Below are positions 1-10,194 of a DNA stretch of 64,000 bases, piece after piece. The translations under genes and the position numbers were made by a program. The stretch is from contig CP170459.1 in NCBI GenBank assembly GCA_047947115.1, positions 1,312,001-1,376,000 of the forward strand. The letters run 5' to 3'. Under the pieces are notes generated by a model. It did not search any database. It was not told the origin of the DNA and saw only the letters and a list, made by a program, of their open reading frames with translations. This DNA comes from Verrucomicrobiota bacterium (GTDB lineage: Bacteria; Verrucomicrobiota; Verrucomicrobiia; Limisphaerales; AAA164-E04). The stretch's first letter is position 1. The number at the start of each line of letters is the position of its first letter.

Positions 1-654
1 CGTGGTAACGGCATTGAGGCTGTTAAAAAGGAAATGCGGGTTGAGCTGGGATTGCAGGGCCATGAGTTGTGCCTGATTGGCGCTTGCCTCCGCGGCGATC
101 GCCTGTCGCTCCCGTTCCTGTGCGCGACGTATCCAGGTATAGGCTTGGCCGGAACTGATCAAGGTCCAGTAGATCAGCATATCAAAGGTGGAACGCGCTG
201 CGCTGAGATTCAAAGGAAGACCAAATGGCCTGGTTCCATGGTTGCCTGTGTTTTCACGGTCTGGAATAGGGGCGGTGTTTCCTGATTGCATGCGCATTTG
301 AACCCAGGGAGGTGGGCCTCCCGGCCGGATAAAGCCTTGTTGATGTCCCATGAACTTGCGGCTGATGGTTTGGCTTGTGAAGAGGATCGCCAGGCAACCT
401 GCGATATGAATAACCGCGTGACGGATGTTTCGCCTCTGACCATAGGGAAACCTTAACGCCAGACCGATCGTTACCGGAGCCAGCAACAGCCAAATGATCC
501 AAAGAGGTCCGGACAAACGCAGCGCCTGAGACATAGTGAACCCACTCACGACCTTGAGTTGCAAGGCGAACAAAACCACTACGGCAACCCAACACACCAT
601 GAGTAGTGCGATGGATTTCAAGATCTCTTGGGAATTGAAACCGCGGGCTTTCAT
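1..654 (-). CDS. LytS/YehU-type sensor histidine kinase, N-terminal part (runs off the window edge)
   Basis: My translation of the minus strand from ATG 654 is open to position 1. It has hydrophobic TM segments followed by AQLMALQSQLNPHFLFNSLN, the His_kinase (LytS) H-box. Not listed in the ORF track. Confidence 0.85.
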   Translation of the reverse strand, partial: MKARGFNSQEILKSIALLMVCWVAVVVLFALQLKVVSGFTMSQALRLSGPLWIIWLLLAPVTIGLALRFPYGQRRNIRHAVIHIAGCLAILFTSQTISRKFMGHQQGFIRPGGPPPWVQMRMQSGNTAPIPDRENTGNHGTRPFGLPLNLSAARSTFDMLIYWTLISSGQAYTWIRRAQERERQAIAAEASANQAQLMALQSQLNPHFLFNSLNAVTT

Positions 655-799
655 CTGAGTTTTGACAACGGTTTGTTGAATCTCTGGAATATCACATCCA
701 TTTACCACAGGCAAACCCGCCGGCAATCAAAGTCTTGCCGGCAGGTCGAATGGGATTTTTTACATTAATGCTGATCCTCGGATCAGTCCCTGCCAGCCA

Positions 800-1810
800 T
801 TACCGTTGCGGACGACTTGGGCGGGAACCTTCGAAGGGCCTTCTGCCACCACGGTTGGACTGGGTGGAGGCATCGGGGCGACCTGCACCTTCTGGACGAC
901 CACCGCGGAATCCTGATTGAGGTCTTCCAGGGCGTTGGGATCGATCACTCATGGCTGAAAATTCATCTTCTTCCAACAGACCGTTTTCATTGATGTCGAG
1001 ACGTTGCAAACGGGTATACATACCAGCGAGACGTTTCACGACATTTTCGGGGGATGGATTGACACCCTCAGGTGCTGTTGGCAGGCCTTCCGGTTTGGAG
1101 ATGGTTCCGTCTTTGATGGCTTCCACCAGGGTGGCTTGCTCGTCAGCGCTCAATGTGCCGTTCTGGTCCGCATCCGCTGCGGAAAGAATGGCAAATGCTG
1201 CCGGAAGGTTTTCAGCAAAGGCTGGAACTTCGTCAGGTCGTTGCCAGCGCCCGGCTCCCTGGGGTGGGCCAAAGGGACGACCGCCCTGGGCACCGCCACG
1301 TTTACCGGGACCGCCGAAGGGCATGTCAATTTCACCGGACATCGCTGCTGCGCGAAATGCTCCAAGTTCGTCTCTGGTAAGTTCGCCGTCGTTGTTGGCA
1401 TCAAAGGGGGCGATAGTTCCGTATAAACCTGCCATACGTTGGGTGATGGCTTCGGCGGGTACTTCGACTCCTTTGGGTGGCGTGGGCAACCATTCGGGTT
1501 TGGTCAGCGTGCCGTCCAGCATGGCGCCGAGGAGGACGGCCTGTTCATCGGCATCCAATTGATTGTCTCCATTGACGTCTGCTGCTTCCAATACACCATA
1601 GATTTCAGGTAGGGCTTGAACAAACGCCGGAGGACCGCCTGCAGGGCGTCCGGAGGCCTGTCGGTCGGTGACAAATGAGGGTGGTCCGCCAGCTGGGCGA
1701 CCTTGTTGTGCAATGGTGCTGGTGAGCGTCCAGGCTCCGGCGCCCGTGAGCAGGGCTATCAATGTGTATGATGTTTTTTTCATGGCTTTGCTTTGTTTGA
1801 ATGTTTTCAT
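800..1810 (-). CDS. Secreted EF-hand-like repeat protein with Pro/Gly/Arg-rich linkers
   Basis: Signal-peptide-like N-terminus; four DxNxDG-like loops (DVNGDNQLD, DANNDGELT, DADQNGTLS, DINENGLLE) in two duplicated domains. Confidence 0.7.
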   Translation of the reverse strand: MKTFKQSKAMKKTSYTLIALLTGAGAWTLTSTIAQQGRPAGGPPSFVTDRQASGRPAGGPPAFVQALPEIYGVLEAADVNGDNQLDADEQAVLLGAMLDGTLTKPEWLPTPPKGVEVPAEAITQRMAGLYGTIAPFDANNDGELTRDELGAFRAAAMSGEIDMPFGGPGKRGGAQGGRPFGPPQGAGRWQRPDEVPAFAENLPAAFAILSAADADQNGTLSADEQATLVEAIKDGTISKPEGLPTAPEGVNPSPENVVKRLAGMYTRLQRLDINENGLLEEDEFSAMSDRSQRPGRPQSGFRGGRPEGAGRPDASTQSNRGGRRPFEGSRPSRPQR

Positions 1811-2200
1811 CTCAATCTCAGGACGAGCTTTGTTTCATCCTTTCGTTGGAACCAAAATCTCACTTTCTGCCTTAAAATCCACACACTTGGGACAAAAGCG
1901 GGAAAAAGCGAGATGAACCCCCTTTTTCTGTCGATGGATCATTTTGAATTTGGTGATTCGTTCCTGTGATGACATTTTTTCCGCCTTTTTGCGAAGGCGG
2001 CTACGTCAGGTAGAACGTGACGTCCCGTCGTATCCCTTTTGGCGTTCGATTTTCTCTTGCGGTCCGTTCTGGGAAGTCCTCGGGTGTTCGGTGGCCTCTG
2101 GTTTGATCGAACATGCTCAAGGCGTTTTGAGGTTTAGAAATCGTGTTGGTTCGGTCCGCGCCGGCCACCTTTTTGCAAAGGCGGCTACTTGGGTATCTCT

Positions 2201-3193
2201 TTATGGTTGGGGTGGTTTTGATGCGGATGGGTATCCTTTGGGGTGGGAGACATGCCATTCCCATGCGGATCTGATAATATCCTCCAGTTCAACGATCTGA
2301 GCTTTCCATCCGAATGCGTCGTGGGCTTTGCCCGGGTCGGCGACGAGTTCGGGCGGATCTCCTTCCCGACGGGGTTTTTCCACGCAGGTGATGGACTTGC
2401 CGGTGACTTTTTCGCAGGTCTGGATGACTTCGCGAACCGAATGACCACGGCCTATTCCCAGGTTGTAGCAACCGGTTGCCTCGGATTCGATGGCTTTGAT
2501 ATGAGCGCTGGCCAGGTCGATGATGTGGATGTAGTCGCGAATGCAGGTTCCGTCCGGAGTGGGGTAATCGGTGCCAAAGATGTCACAGCTCTCCTTTTGT
2601 CCGAGGGCGACCTTGAGCACATTAGGGATGATGTGACTCATTTCACGCTGGCTTTGGCCCCTGTTTTTGGCGGCCCCGGCGGCGTTGAAATATCGGAATG
2701 CGACATACTGTAACCCGTGGATTTCCTGGTACCACTTCAGGATTTTTTCAAAGATCAGTTTGGATTCGCCGTAGGGGTTGATGGGATTTTGGGGATGTTT
2801 TTCGTCCAGGGGCACGTAGGTGGGGATGCCATAGGTGGCGCAGGTGGAGCTGAAAACAATTTTCTTTACCTTGGAATCCACGCAGGCATCGACGAGGTTC
2901 AGACCGTAATTGACGTTGTTGGCGAAGTATTTTCCAGGTTTTTCCATGGATTCTCCGACCTTTGCCAGTGCGGCAAAATGAATGACGGCTTCCGGTTGGA
3001 TGGATCGGACGGTTTCAAGCAACCAGTCACGGTTGCTCAAACATCCGACGTGTAGTTTTGCCTCCGGCACGACTGCTTCACGGAATCCTTCGATCAGGCT
3101 ATCGATGATCTCGACCTGATGCCCAGCCTTGATTAATTCCTCAACGCACACTGATCCGATGTATCCCGCGCCACCTGTGACTAATATTTTCAT
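2201..3193 (-). CDS. galE: UDP-glucose 4-epimerase
   Basis: TGGAGYIGS, FSSTCATYG, YGESK, RYFNAAG and DGTCIRDYIH motifs; start taken at MKILV. Confidence 0.93.
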   Translation of the reverse strand: MKILVTGGAGYIGSVCVEELIKAGHQVEIIDSLIEGFREAVVPEAKLHVGCLSNRDWLLETVRSIQPEAVIHFAALAKVGESMEKPGKYFANNVNYGLNLVDACVDSKVKKIVFSSTCATYGIPTYVPLDEKHPQNPINPYGESKLIFEKILKWYQEIHGLQYVAFRYFNAAGAAKNRGQSQREMSHIIPNVLKVALGQKESCDIFGTDYPTPDGTCIRDYIHIIDLASAHIKAIESEATGCYNLGIGRGHSVREVIQTCEKVTGKSITCVEKPRREGDPPELVADPGKAHDAFGWKAQIVELEDIIRSAWEWHVSHPKGYPSASKPPQP

Positions 3194-3293
3194 AGCTCTT
3201 TCCAAACCAAAAACAAAGCATAGATGCCCTTTTCAAATCGAGCAAAAAAAACTTGCGGAGAAGATAAGGAGTCGAAGTTCAATTTTTGGATAT

Positions 3294-3416
3294 CGGAGGG
3301 GAGAGATCCATCTCTGACCCAAACTTCTCCCTCGCAAATGTTCCTGAGCAAAAGAGAGGGAACGTGGGGAGACTGTGGATTTTCTAATGACTGTGGTGCT
3401 TCCATCGCAGCATGAC
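3294..3416 (+). repeat. ~125-bp dispersed intergenic element, copy 1 (copy 2 at 25933-26059, minus strand)
   Basis: Shared blocks CGGAGGGG..GATCC, CCCAAACTT, CTGAGCAAAAGA, GGAACG.GGGGAGACT and AATGACTGTGGTG.TTCCAT.GCA. Confidence 0.75.
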
Positions 3417-3561
3417 CATTGATTTCCAAAGCTCCGAGGTTTGAAGTGGGAGTAAGGTGGAGCTTACCCCTCCCGTAAAGAATTTCTATTTTGTGGGCGA
3501 AATGTGGTGTGTGATATCTTCGGCATCGACTTTTGCGGGCAGGAATGGCACGGTTTTGTCC

Positions 3562-4395
3562 ATGAAATCCCTTGAAAAGCAGATCCACCGCAGGAGAGGA
3601 TTCACTTTGATTGAGTTGTTGGTGGTCATTGCCATCATTGCCATTTTGGCCGGTATGTTATTGCCGGCCCTCAGCAAGGCTAAGACCAAAGCACAGGGGA
3701 TTTCCTGCATGAACAATCTCAAGCAGTTGCAGTTGGCTTGGTTGATGTATCCGGACGATCATGATGGCTGGCTCCCTCCCAACCCGGAAGGTCGGGCTCA
3801 AAATGTGGTCGGACACGGTTGGGTGAGTGGTTTGCTGGATTTCAACGGGGGCAACACCGACAACACCAACACGCTTTTCCTGACCGATCCTCAATATGCG
3901 AAATTGGCTCCGTATCATAATTCGGCGGCGGTTTACAAATGTCCGGCGGATAAAAGTTCGGTGCGGATAGGTGGCAAAGTTCATCCTCGTGTCCGAAGTC
4001 TGGCCATGAACCAGGGGGTGGGTTGGAATGCGACGGCTAGCTGGATCAAGCGAGGTGGGCCTGATTGGCGGATCATGCACAAGCTTTCGGAGGTGCGCCG
4101 AACGACCATGATATCTGTATTGCTGGATGAGCATCCGGACAGCATTAACGGCGCCGGGTTTGCGGTGCAGCCCACGGACGATATTTCACAGACCCGTATC
4201 ATCGATTTTCCCGCCAGCTATCATAACGGAGCGGCTGGATTCTCGTTTGTGGACGGTCATGCGGAAATTAAAAAGTGGGTTGATGCGCGCACGACCCCAC
4301 CGATCGAATACACCGGGCAGATGAGTCTGAATGTGGCGAGTCCGAATAATCGGGATGCTTGGTGGATGATTGAGAGGACGACAGACAAGGATTGA
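3562..4395 (+). CDS. Prepilin-type N-terminal cleavage/methylation protein with H-X9-DG domain (DUF1559-like)
   Basis: [55 protein letters not shown]. Confidence 0.9.
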   Translation: MKSLEKQIHRRRGFTLIELLVVIAIIAILAGMLLPALSKAKTKAQGISCMNNLKQLQLAWLMYPDDHDGWLPPNPEGRAQNVVGHGWVSGLLDFNGGNTDNTNTLFLTDPQYAKLAPYHNSAAVYKCPADKSSVRIGGKVHPRVRSLAMNQGVGWNATASWIKRGGPDWRIMHKLSEVRRTTMISVLLDEHPDSINGAGFAVQPTDDISQTRIIDFPASYHNGAAGFSFVDGHAEIKKWVDARTTPPIEYTGQMSLNVASPNNRDAWWMIERTTDKD

Positions 4396-4635
4396 GATCA
4401 GGAGTTTGCCGTGTGGTCTGTTTGAAATGGGTAGCCACAAGGTTGCGCGTCGGGGATCCCTATTCATCGGGACTCTACCTGGGGGAGTGTAGGATGAGGG
4501 TAGATTGGACCTATTTTGTCTAGGATTTCGCTGTTGACACTTTTCGGTGTTTTTCGCATCTTGTCTGGCCCTATTCGGTGAGCCGTGTGACGGCGCGAAC
4601 GCCGGAAGGATGTTATAGAGAGGATGTGAGACAAG

Positions 4636-4833
4636 TTGAGCGAAGTAAGAATTAAAAAAGGTGAATCCGTTGAAAAGGCACTCCGCCGGTTAAAGAAGAA
4701 ACTCGACCGCGAAGGTACGCTGAAGCAAGTGCGCAACAACAGGCATTTCGAAAAGCCTTGTGAACGTCGTCGTCGAAAGATGAAAGTGTCCAAGTTTTCG
4801 GCCATGTTGGCAGCCCGTTACGCGGAATATTGA
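4636..4833 (+). CDS. rpsU: 30S ribosomal protein S21
   Basis: EVRIKKGESVEKALRRLKKK...HFEKPCERRRRK; TTG start. Confidence 0.92.
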   Translation: MSEVRIKKGESVEKALRRLKKKLDREGTLKQVRNNRHFEKPCERRRRKMKVSKFSAMLAARYAEY

Positions 4834-4861
4834 TCCTCTCGATCGAATCAATTTTTTACAC

Positions 4862-4891
4862 AACCGAGGTCTGTAGGGGCCTCGGTTTTTT
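4862..4891 (+). terminator. Intrinsic terminator after rpsU
   Basis: AACCGAGGTC-TGTAGG-GGCCTCGGTT stem followed by a T run. Confidence 0.7.
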
Positions 4892-4916
4892 CATTTTAAT
4901 TTCATCCTCCCTATTC

Positions 4917-7460
4917 ATGAGTCAAACATCACGCCTCCCCATTTACGAAATTGAATCCGATCTGCTGCGCCATCTGGAAAAGGATTCCAGGTTGATCATC
5001 ACCGCGCCGACCGGGTCCGGTAAATCCACGCAAGTGCCCCAGATGCTGCTGGACAACGACATCTTGGGCGAGGGGCAGGTGGTGATCCTGCAGCCACGGC
5101 GTTTGGCCGCCCGGATGTTGGCGAACAGGGTGGCTTACGAGCGTAAATGCCGTTTGGGGGACGAAGTGGGGTATCAAATCCGATTCGAAAATGTCACCAG
5201 CGACAAGACGCGCATCCGGTTTGTGACCGAAGGCATCTTGCTGCGTCAGATAATTCAGGATCCGGAACTCAAGGGGATTCAGACCATCATTTTTGACGAA
5301 TTTCATGAGCGGCATTTGTATGGGGACATTACTTTGGCGCGCGCGCTGGATCTGCAGCAAACGGGCCGTCCGGATCTGAAGATCCTGGTGATGTCGGCGA
5401 CGCTGGATTCCAGCACTCTTTCGCAATATTTGGCTCCCTGCCAGTTGTTACATTCGGAGGGACGGACCTTTGCGGTGGACATCACCTATCTGCCGCCTGC
5501 AGATGCGCATGATTCGATTCCGGTGTGGGATCAGGCGGCGGATGCTTTTTCCCGGTTTGTTTTAACCGGTGGACAGGGAGATGTGCTGGTGTTCATGCCC
5601 GGGGGGTATGAGATTCAGAAAACCATCGAAGCGATTCGTCATGTTTCCGAATCCAAAAACTACATTCTGTTGCCCCTTCATGGTGAATTGACCAGTAAAG
5701 ATCAGGACGCAGCCGTTTCGCAGTATGAGCAGCCCAAGGTGGTGGTGGCTACCAATGTGGCGGAGACCTCGCTGACTATCGATGGCATTCGGCTGGTGAT
5801 CGACAGCGGGCTGGCTCGTATTCCTCGTTATGATCCCTATCGGGGGATCAATACCCTTTTGGTGGAAAAAATCAGCCAGGCATCTGCGGATCAACGGGCT
5901 GGTCGCGCAGGTAGAACCGGTCCGGGAACCTGTGTGCGGTTATGGACCGAACGTCAGCATGAACATCTCGCTCCGCAGGAACTTCCCGAAGTGCAGCGTC
6001 TTGATTTGGCCGAAGTGATTTTGAGCCTGAAAGCCGCGGGTGTGGAGGATCTGGATCAATTTCGCTGGCTGGAACCACCCGATGCCAAGCGTCTGCATGA
6101 TGCCGTAGAATTGTTGGAAGATTTGGGTGGTCTCGACCACAACAAAAGGATCACCGAACTCGGACGACGCATGCTGGCCTTCCCCCTCCACCCGCGTTAT
6201 GCAAGGATGTTGTTGGCTGCAGAGGAGCTGGGTTGTGTATATCAGGCAGCCTTGATTGCTGCTCTGACTCAGGGACGTGATATCCTGATCCGTAAGGTGG
6301 ATCGTCGTACTCGTGAATTGCGGGAGGAGTTTTTGACCGAGAAATCCGTGTCGGATTGTTTCCTTCTGATGCGCGCCTGGAGTTTTGCTTCCAGAAACAA
6401 TTTTCAATTCCAGGCCTGCAAGAATCTGGGGATTCATGCGCAGTCCGCGCGTCAGGTGAAACCCTTGTTGGAGCATTTTCTACGCATTGCCAAACGGGAG
6501 GGGCTCAATGTGGAACCGAAGCCCGTCGATGACGAAATCATTCAGAAATGCATGTTGCTCGGGTTTTCAGATCGTTTGGCGCGTCGTTTGGACAAGGGCA
6601 CTTTGAGGTGTGAACTCGTGCACGGACGCAAAGGGGTGCTCGCCCGGGAAAGTGTGGTGCACCATGCTGACATGATGGTGGTGGCTGACATCCGTGAAAT
6701 CGGCAATCGGGAAGGTGAGGTGCAGACTATTTTGTCCCTTGCCACGGAAATTGATCCCGCCTGGTTGAAGGAGTTTTTCCCGGATGATTTCGATTCTTCC
6801 ATAGTCGTCGTGTGGGATCCTTCATCCCGACGGGTGTATGCTGCCAGTCAGGAGACTTTCCGCGGGATGGCCCTTTCCGCCAGGCGGGTGGAACCTCCGC
6901 CTGAAGAACCTGCTGCCCGTCTGCTGGCCGAAAAGATCATGGACGAGGAGATAGGCCTGAAGCATTGGGATGCCAAGGTCGATCAATGGATCCTGCGCCT
7001 GAATTCTTTGGCGGAGTGGTGTCCCGAGTTGGAACTCCCGATGATCGACGATGAAGCTAAGCGTCACATCATCGAATCCATCTGTATGGGCGCTTTTGGT
7101 TACAAGGAAATCAAGGAACTTCCGGTGATCCCTGTGTTGAGGCAATGGCTCAGCCACTCTCAGTGCGAACTGTTGGACAAGCAGGCTCCTGAGCGCGTGA
7201 CCTTGTCCAATGGCAAGACACCCAAGGTGGTTTACTCACGCGAATCGGATCCCTACATCTCATTGCGGATTCAGGAGCTGTATGACGTCAACTCGCTCCC
7301 CAAAATCGCGATGCAAAAGGTCTCGTTGGCGGTGCACATCCTGGCGCCCAACATGCGACCGGTGCAGATCACCCGGGACCTGGCCGGATTCTGGAAGGAG
7401 CATTACCCCAACGTCAAAAAGGAACTGCAACGCAAATATCCGAAGCACGCATGGCGGTAG
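4917..7460 (+). CDS. hrpB: ATP-dependent RNA helicase HrpB
   Basis: APTGSGKST, DEFHER, MSAT, QRAGRAGR; C-terminal LAPNMRPVQITRDL..FW..Y..KELQRKYPKHAW. Confidence 0.93.
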   Translation: MSQTSRLPIYEIESDLLRHLEKDSRLIITAPTGSGKSTQVPQMLLDNDILGEGQVVILQPRRLAARMLANRVAYERKCRLGDEVGYQIRFENVTSDKTRIRFVTEGILLRQIIQDPELKGIQTIIFDEFHERHLYGDITLARALDLQQTGRPDLKILVMSATLDSSTLSQYLAPCQLLHSEGRTFAVDITYLPPADAHDSIPVWDQAADAFSRFVLTGGQGDVLVFMPGGYEIQKTIEAIRHVSESKNYILLPLHGELTSKDQDAAVSQYEQPKVVVATNVAETSLTIDGIRLVIDSGLARIPRYDPYRGINTLLVEKISQASADQRAGRAGRTGPGTCVRLWTERQHEHLAPQELPEVQRLDLAEVILSLKAAGVEDLDQFRWLEPPDAKRLHDAVELLEDLGGLDHNKRITELGRRMLAFPLHPRYARMLLAAEELGCVYQAALIAALTQGRDILIRKVDRRTRELREEFLTEKSVSDCFLLMRAWSFASRNNFQFQACKNLGIHAQSARQVKPLLEHFLRIAKREGLNVEPKPVDDEIIQKCMLLGFSDRLARRLDKGTLRCELVHGRKGVLARESVVHHADMMVVADIREIGNREGEVQTILSLATEIDPAWLKEFFPDDFDSSIVVVWDPSSRRVYAASQETFRGMALSARRVEPPPEEPAARLLAEKIMDEEIGLKHWDAKVDQWILRLNSLAEWCPELELPMIDDEAKRHIIESICMGAFGYKEIKELPVIPVLRQWLSHSQCELLDKQAPERVTLSNGKTPKVVYSRESDPYISLRIQELYDVNSLPKIAMQKVSLAVHILAPNMRPVQITRDLAGFWKEHYPNVKKELQRKYPKHAWR

Positions 7461-7476
7461 GGCATAGATTTCAGTC

Positions 7477-7749
<273 letters not shown>

Positions 7750-7769
7750 TCATTCGGTATTAGCCACGA

Positions 7770-8399
7770 TCATTCAGGAACTGCGGTGATATCCAGTCTG
7801 ATCACGACTTCGTCCCGGATCAGGTCATTGGCTTTTCCTGGGTATTGAATCCCAAAGTCATAGCGCTTGATAAAGAATTCTGCCGCTACCTTTACCTGAT
7901 CATCGGATACCTGAATATCTGCCGGGAAAGTGATGCTCTTGGTTTCTCCGTGTAGGGTCAGGTTGCCGGTGACATCATAGCCGGTGGTTCCCTTTTTGAT
8001 GTCTGTGGTGACAAAGGTTGAGGTCGGGTAAGTGGGAGCATCGAAAAAATCCGCGCTCTTAAGGTGTCCTGTCAGGCGGTCGCTGTCCGACCAGGTGGAA
8101 TCCATGTCGATTTCCACTTTGGTTCCGTTTGGAACGGGTTCTCCGTTTTCAACATGGATGGCTGCCGTGAAGGTTTCGAATCCGCCATCATGACTTCCGG
8201 TAACCTTTGAACCGGTAAAACCTATCTTGGAATCAGCATTCGAGACATACTTCTTCCCCGCGATGCTCCCTTCTGAAATTTCTTTTGCAGTGGAAACTTC
8301 TGCTTCTGACACGTCGTCGGCAGGGTTGGAGCAGGCTGCCAGGCCGAGTATCAGGATTAAAACTGCGAATGTTTGTCCGTAATCTAGAATTTTTTTCAT
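7770..8399 (-). CDS. YceI family lipoprotein
   Basis: LAAC lipobox; SKIGFTGSK, HLKSADFFD..YPT, GNLTLHG.TK, RYDFGI. Confidence 0.88.
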   Translation of the reverse strand: MKKILDYGQTFAVLILILGLAACSNPADDVSEAEVSTAKEISEGSIAGKKYVSNADSKIGFTGSKVTGSHDGGFETFTAAIHVENGEPVPNGTKVEIDMDSTWSDSDRLTGHLKSADFFDAPTYPTSTFVTTDIKKGTTGYDVTGNLTLHGETKSITFPADIQVSDDQVKVAAEFFIKRYDFGIQYPGKANDLIRDEVVIRLDITAVPE

Positions 8400-8559
8400 G
8401 GCGTTGATCAATCTTTGTATGTGTTGCAACTATTTTTGCTGTGGTTGAGACAAGATTTGATAGCTATGGTTTCACTTTTTCTTTGATGCACGGATTGCTC
8501 TCCGGGGTGGGGGCGTGTTATGTTGTGTCCGTATCCCCAATCAAAAAAGATCAAACATT

Positions 8560-9876
8560 ATGAAAACGACACGCAGGAATTTCCTTAAATCCACGTCCGC
8601 CGTTGCTGCTGCGGCTCCTTTTATTCTTCCGTCCCGTATCTGGTCGGCAGATGTTAAACCGAACGATCGTATCACAATGGGATTCATTGGGATGGGTAAG
8701 CAAAACCAATATCTGCTGCATCATTTCATGAATCTCAAGGGAACCCAGGCGGTAGCGGTCTGCGATGTGGACACGACACGTCGTCAGGACGCCCGCAAGC
8801 GGGTGGAAGGTTTCTACGCGGATAAGAATGACGCTGCTTCTTTCAAGGGTTGTGAAGATTACAATGATTATCAAAAGCTCCTGGCCCGCGACGATATCGA
8901 TGCGGTTTGTATAGCAACACCGGATCATTGGCACGCGCTCATGACGATAGATGCCGCCAAGGCCAAGAAGGATATTTATTGTGAAAAACCTTTGTGTCAG
9001 TCCATTCGTGAAGCCCGGCGCATGGTCAATGCCGTCCGGTTCAACAAGCGTGTGTTCCAGACGGGCAGTATGCAGCGTTCATCTGAGGAGTTTCGTGTCG
9101 CTTGTGAACTGGTTCGCAACGGGATCATTGGTCCCATCTCGCGCGTCGAAGTCGCTGTAGGTGGTCCGGCCAAACCTTGTGATCTGCCGGAAGAGGAAAT
9201 GGAACCGGGATTGGATTGGGATCGCTGGCTTGGTCCGGCTCCCAAACGGCCTTTCAATTCTGTCTTGAGCCCACGTGGGGTACATAATCATTACCCTGCC
9301 TGGCGCCATTACCGCGAGTACGGTGGTGGCGGTGTGACCGATTGGGGAGCTCATCATTTTGATATCGCGCAGTGGGGGTTGGGGATGGACAACGAAGGCC
9401 CACGTCGAATCATTCCCTCCGAAAAACCCGAATCCGGCAGTGGTGTCAGGCTGGTCTATCAGAATGGCGTCGAAATGGTTCATGCTGAGGGCAATGGTGT
9501 GACATTTTACGGGAAGGACGGCAAAGTGAATGTCAACCGGGGTCAGTTCAAATTCTGGCTGGGTGACAAATTGATTGCGGACAACCGTAACCAGTGCAAG
9601 CAGATTGAGCAGGAATACCTGGCAGATGCCAAGGTGCGCTTGTATCGCAGTTCGGATCACAAGAAGGATTTTCTGGACTGCATGCGCACCCGCACCCGAC
9701 CGAATGCTGACGTTGAAATCGGCGCCCGCACGGTGACCGTTTGTCACCTGGTCAATCTTGCTTATTACCACAACCAGCCCATGCATTGGAACCCCTTCCG
9801 CGAGCAATTCATGAACGGTAAAGGTGACAAATCCTGGTTGGACGTCGAGCATCGTGCGCCTTATACATTTGGGTAA
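8560..9876 (+). CDS. Gfo/Idh/MocA oxidoreductase, Tat-exported
   Basis: TRRNFLK Tat motif; IATPDHWH, YCEKP, DWGAHHFD. Confidence 0.9.
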   Translation: MKTTRRNFLKSTSAVAAAAPFILPSRIWSADVKPNDRITMGFIGMGKQNQYLLHHFMNLKGTQAVAVCDVDTTRRQDARKRVEGFYADKNDAASFKGCEDYNDYQKLLARDDIDAVCIATPDHWHALMTIDAAKAKKDIYCEKPLCQSIREARRMVNAVRFNKRVFQTGSMQRSSEEFRVACELVRNGIIGPISRVEVAVGGPAKPCDLPEEEMEPGLDWDRWLGPAPKRPFNSVLSPRGVHNHYPAWRHYREYGGGGVTDWGAHHFDIAQWGLGMDNEGPRRIIPSEKPESGSGVRLVYQNGVEMVHAEGNGVTFYGKDGKVNVNRGQFKFWLGDKLIADNRNQCKQIEQEYLADAKVRLYRSSDHKKDFLDCMRTRTRPNADVEIGARTVTVCHLVNLAYYHNQPMHWNPFREQFMNGKGDKSWLDVEHRAPYTFG

Positions 9877-10194
9877 ATCTGCGGTGGCGCCAGTTAGATC
9901 GAACCAGCCTGTCCCGCGACTGCGTGGATCCCTGTCCGTCCTTGAAGCGTTCATCCTTTTCTATGATGTCCGCTTTGGGAAGCCTTGAGTAAATCGATTG
10001 CCTACCGTCTTTTCGTCTGCGCAATCATGCACCTTCTGGCGAAGGCACCCACACAGGTTGGCACGATCTACCCAATCAAAACCTCGCGCTTGTTCGCTTG
10101 CTACCGGCGCGCATAAGCGATAGGTTGATGTCGTACATTCCCTGAGTATCATTTCATAATGCTCGGAGGTGTATTTGATTCAAGGAACCATGCT

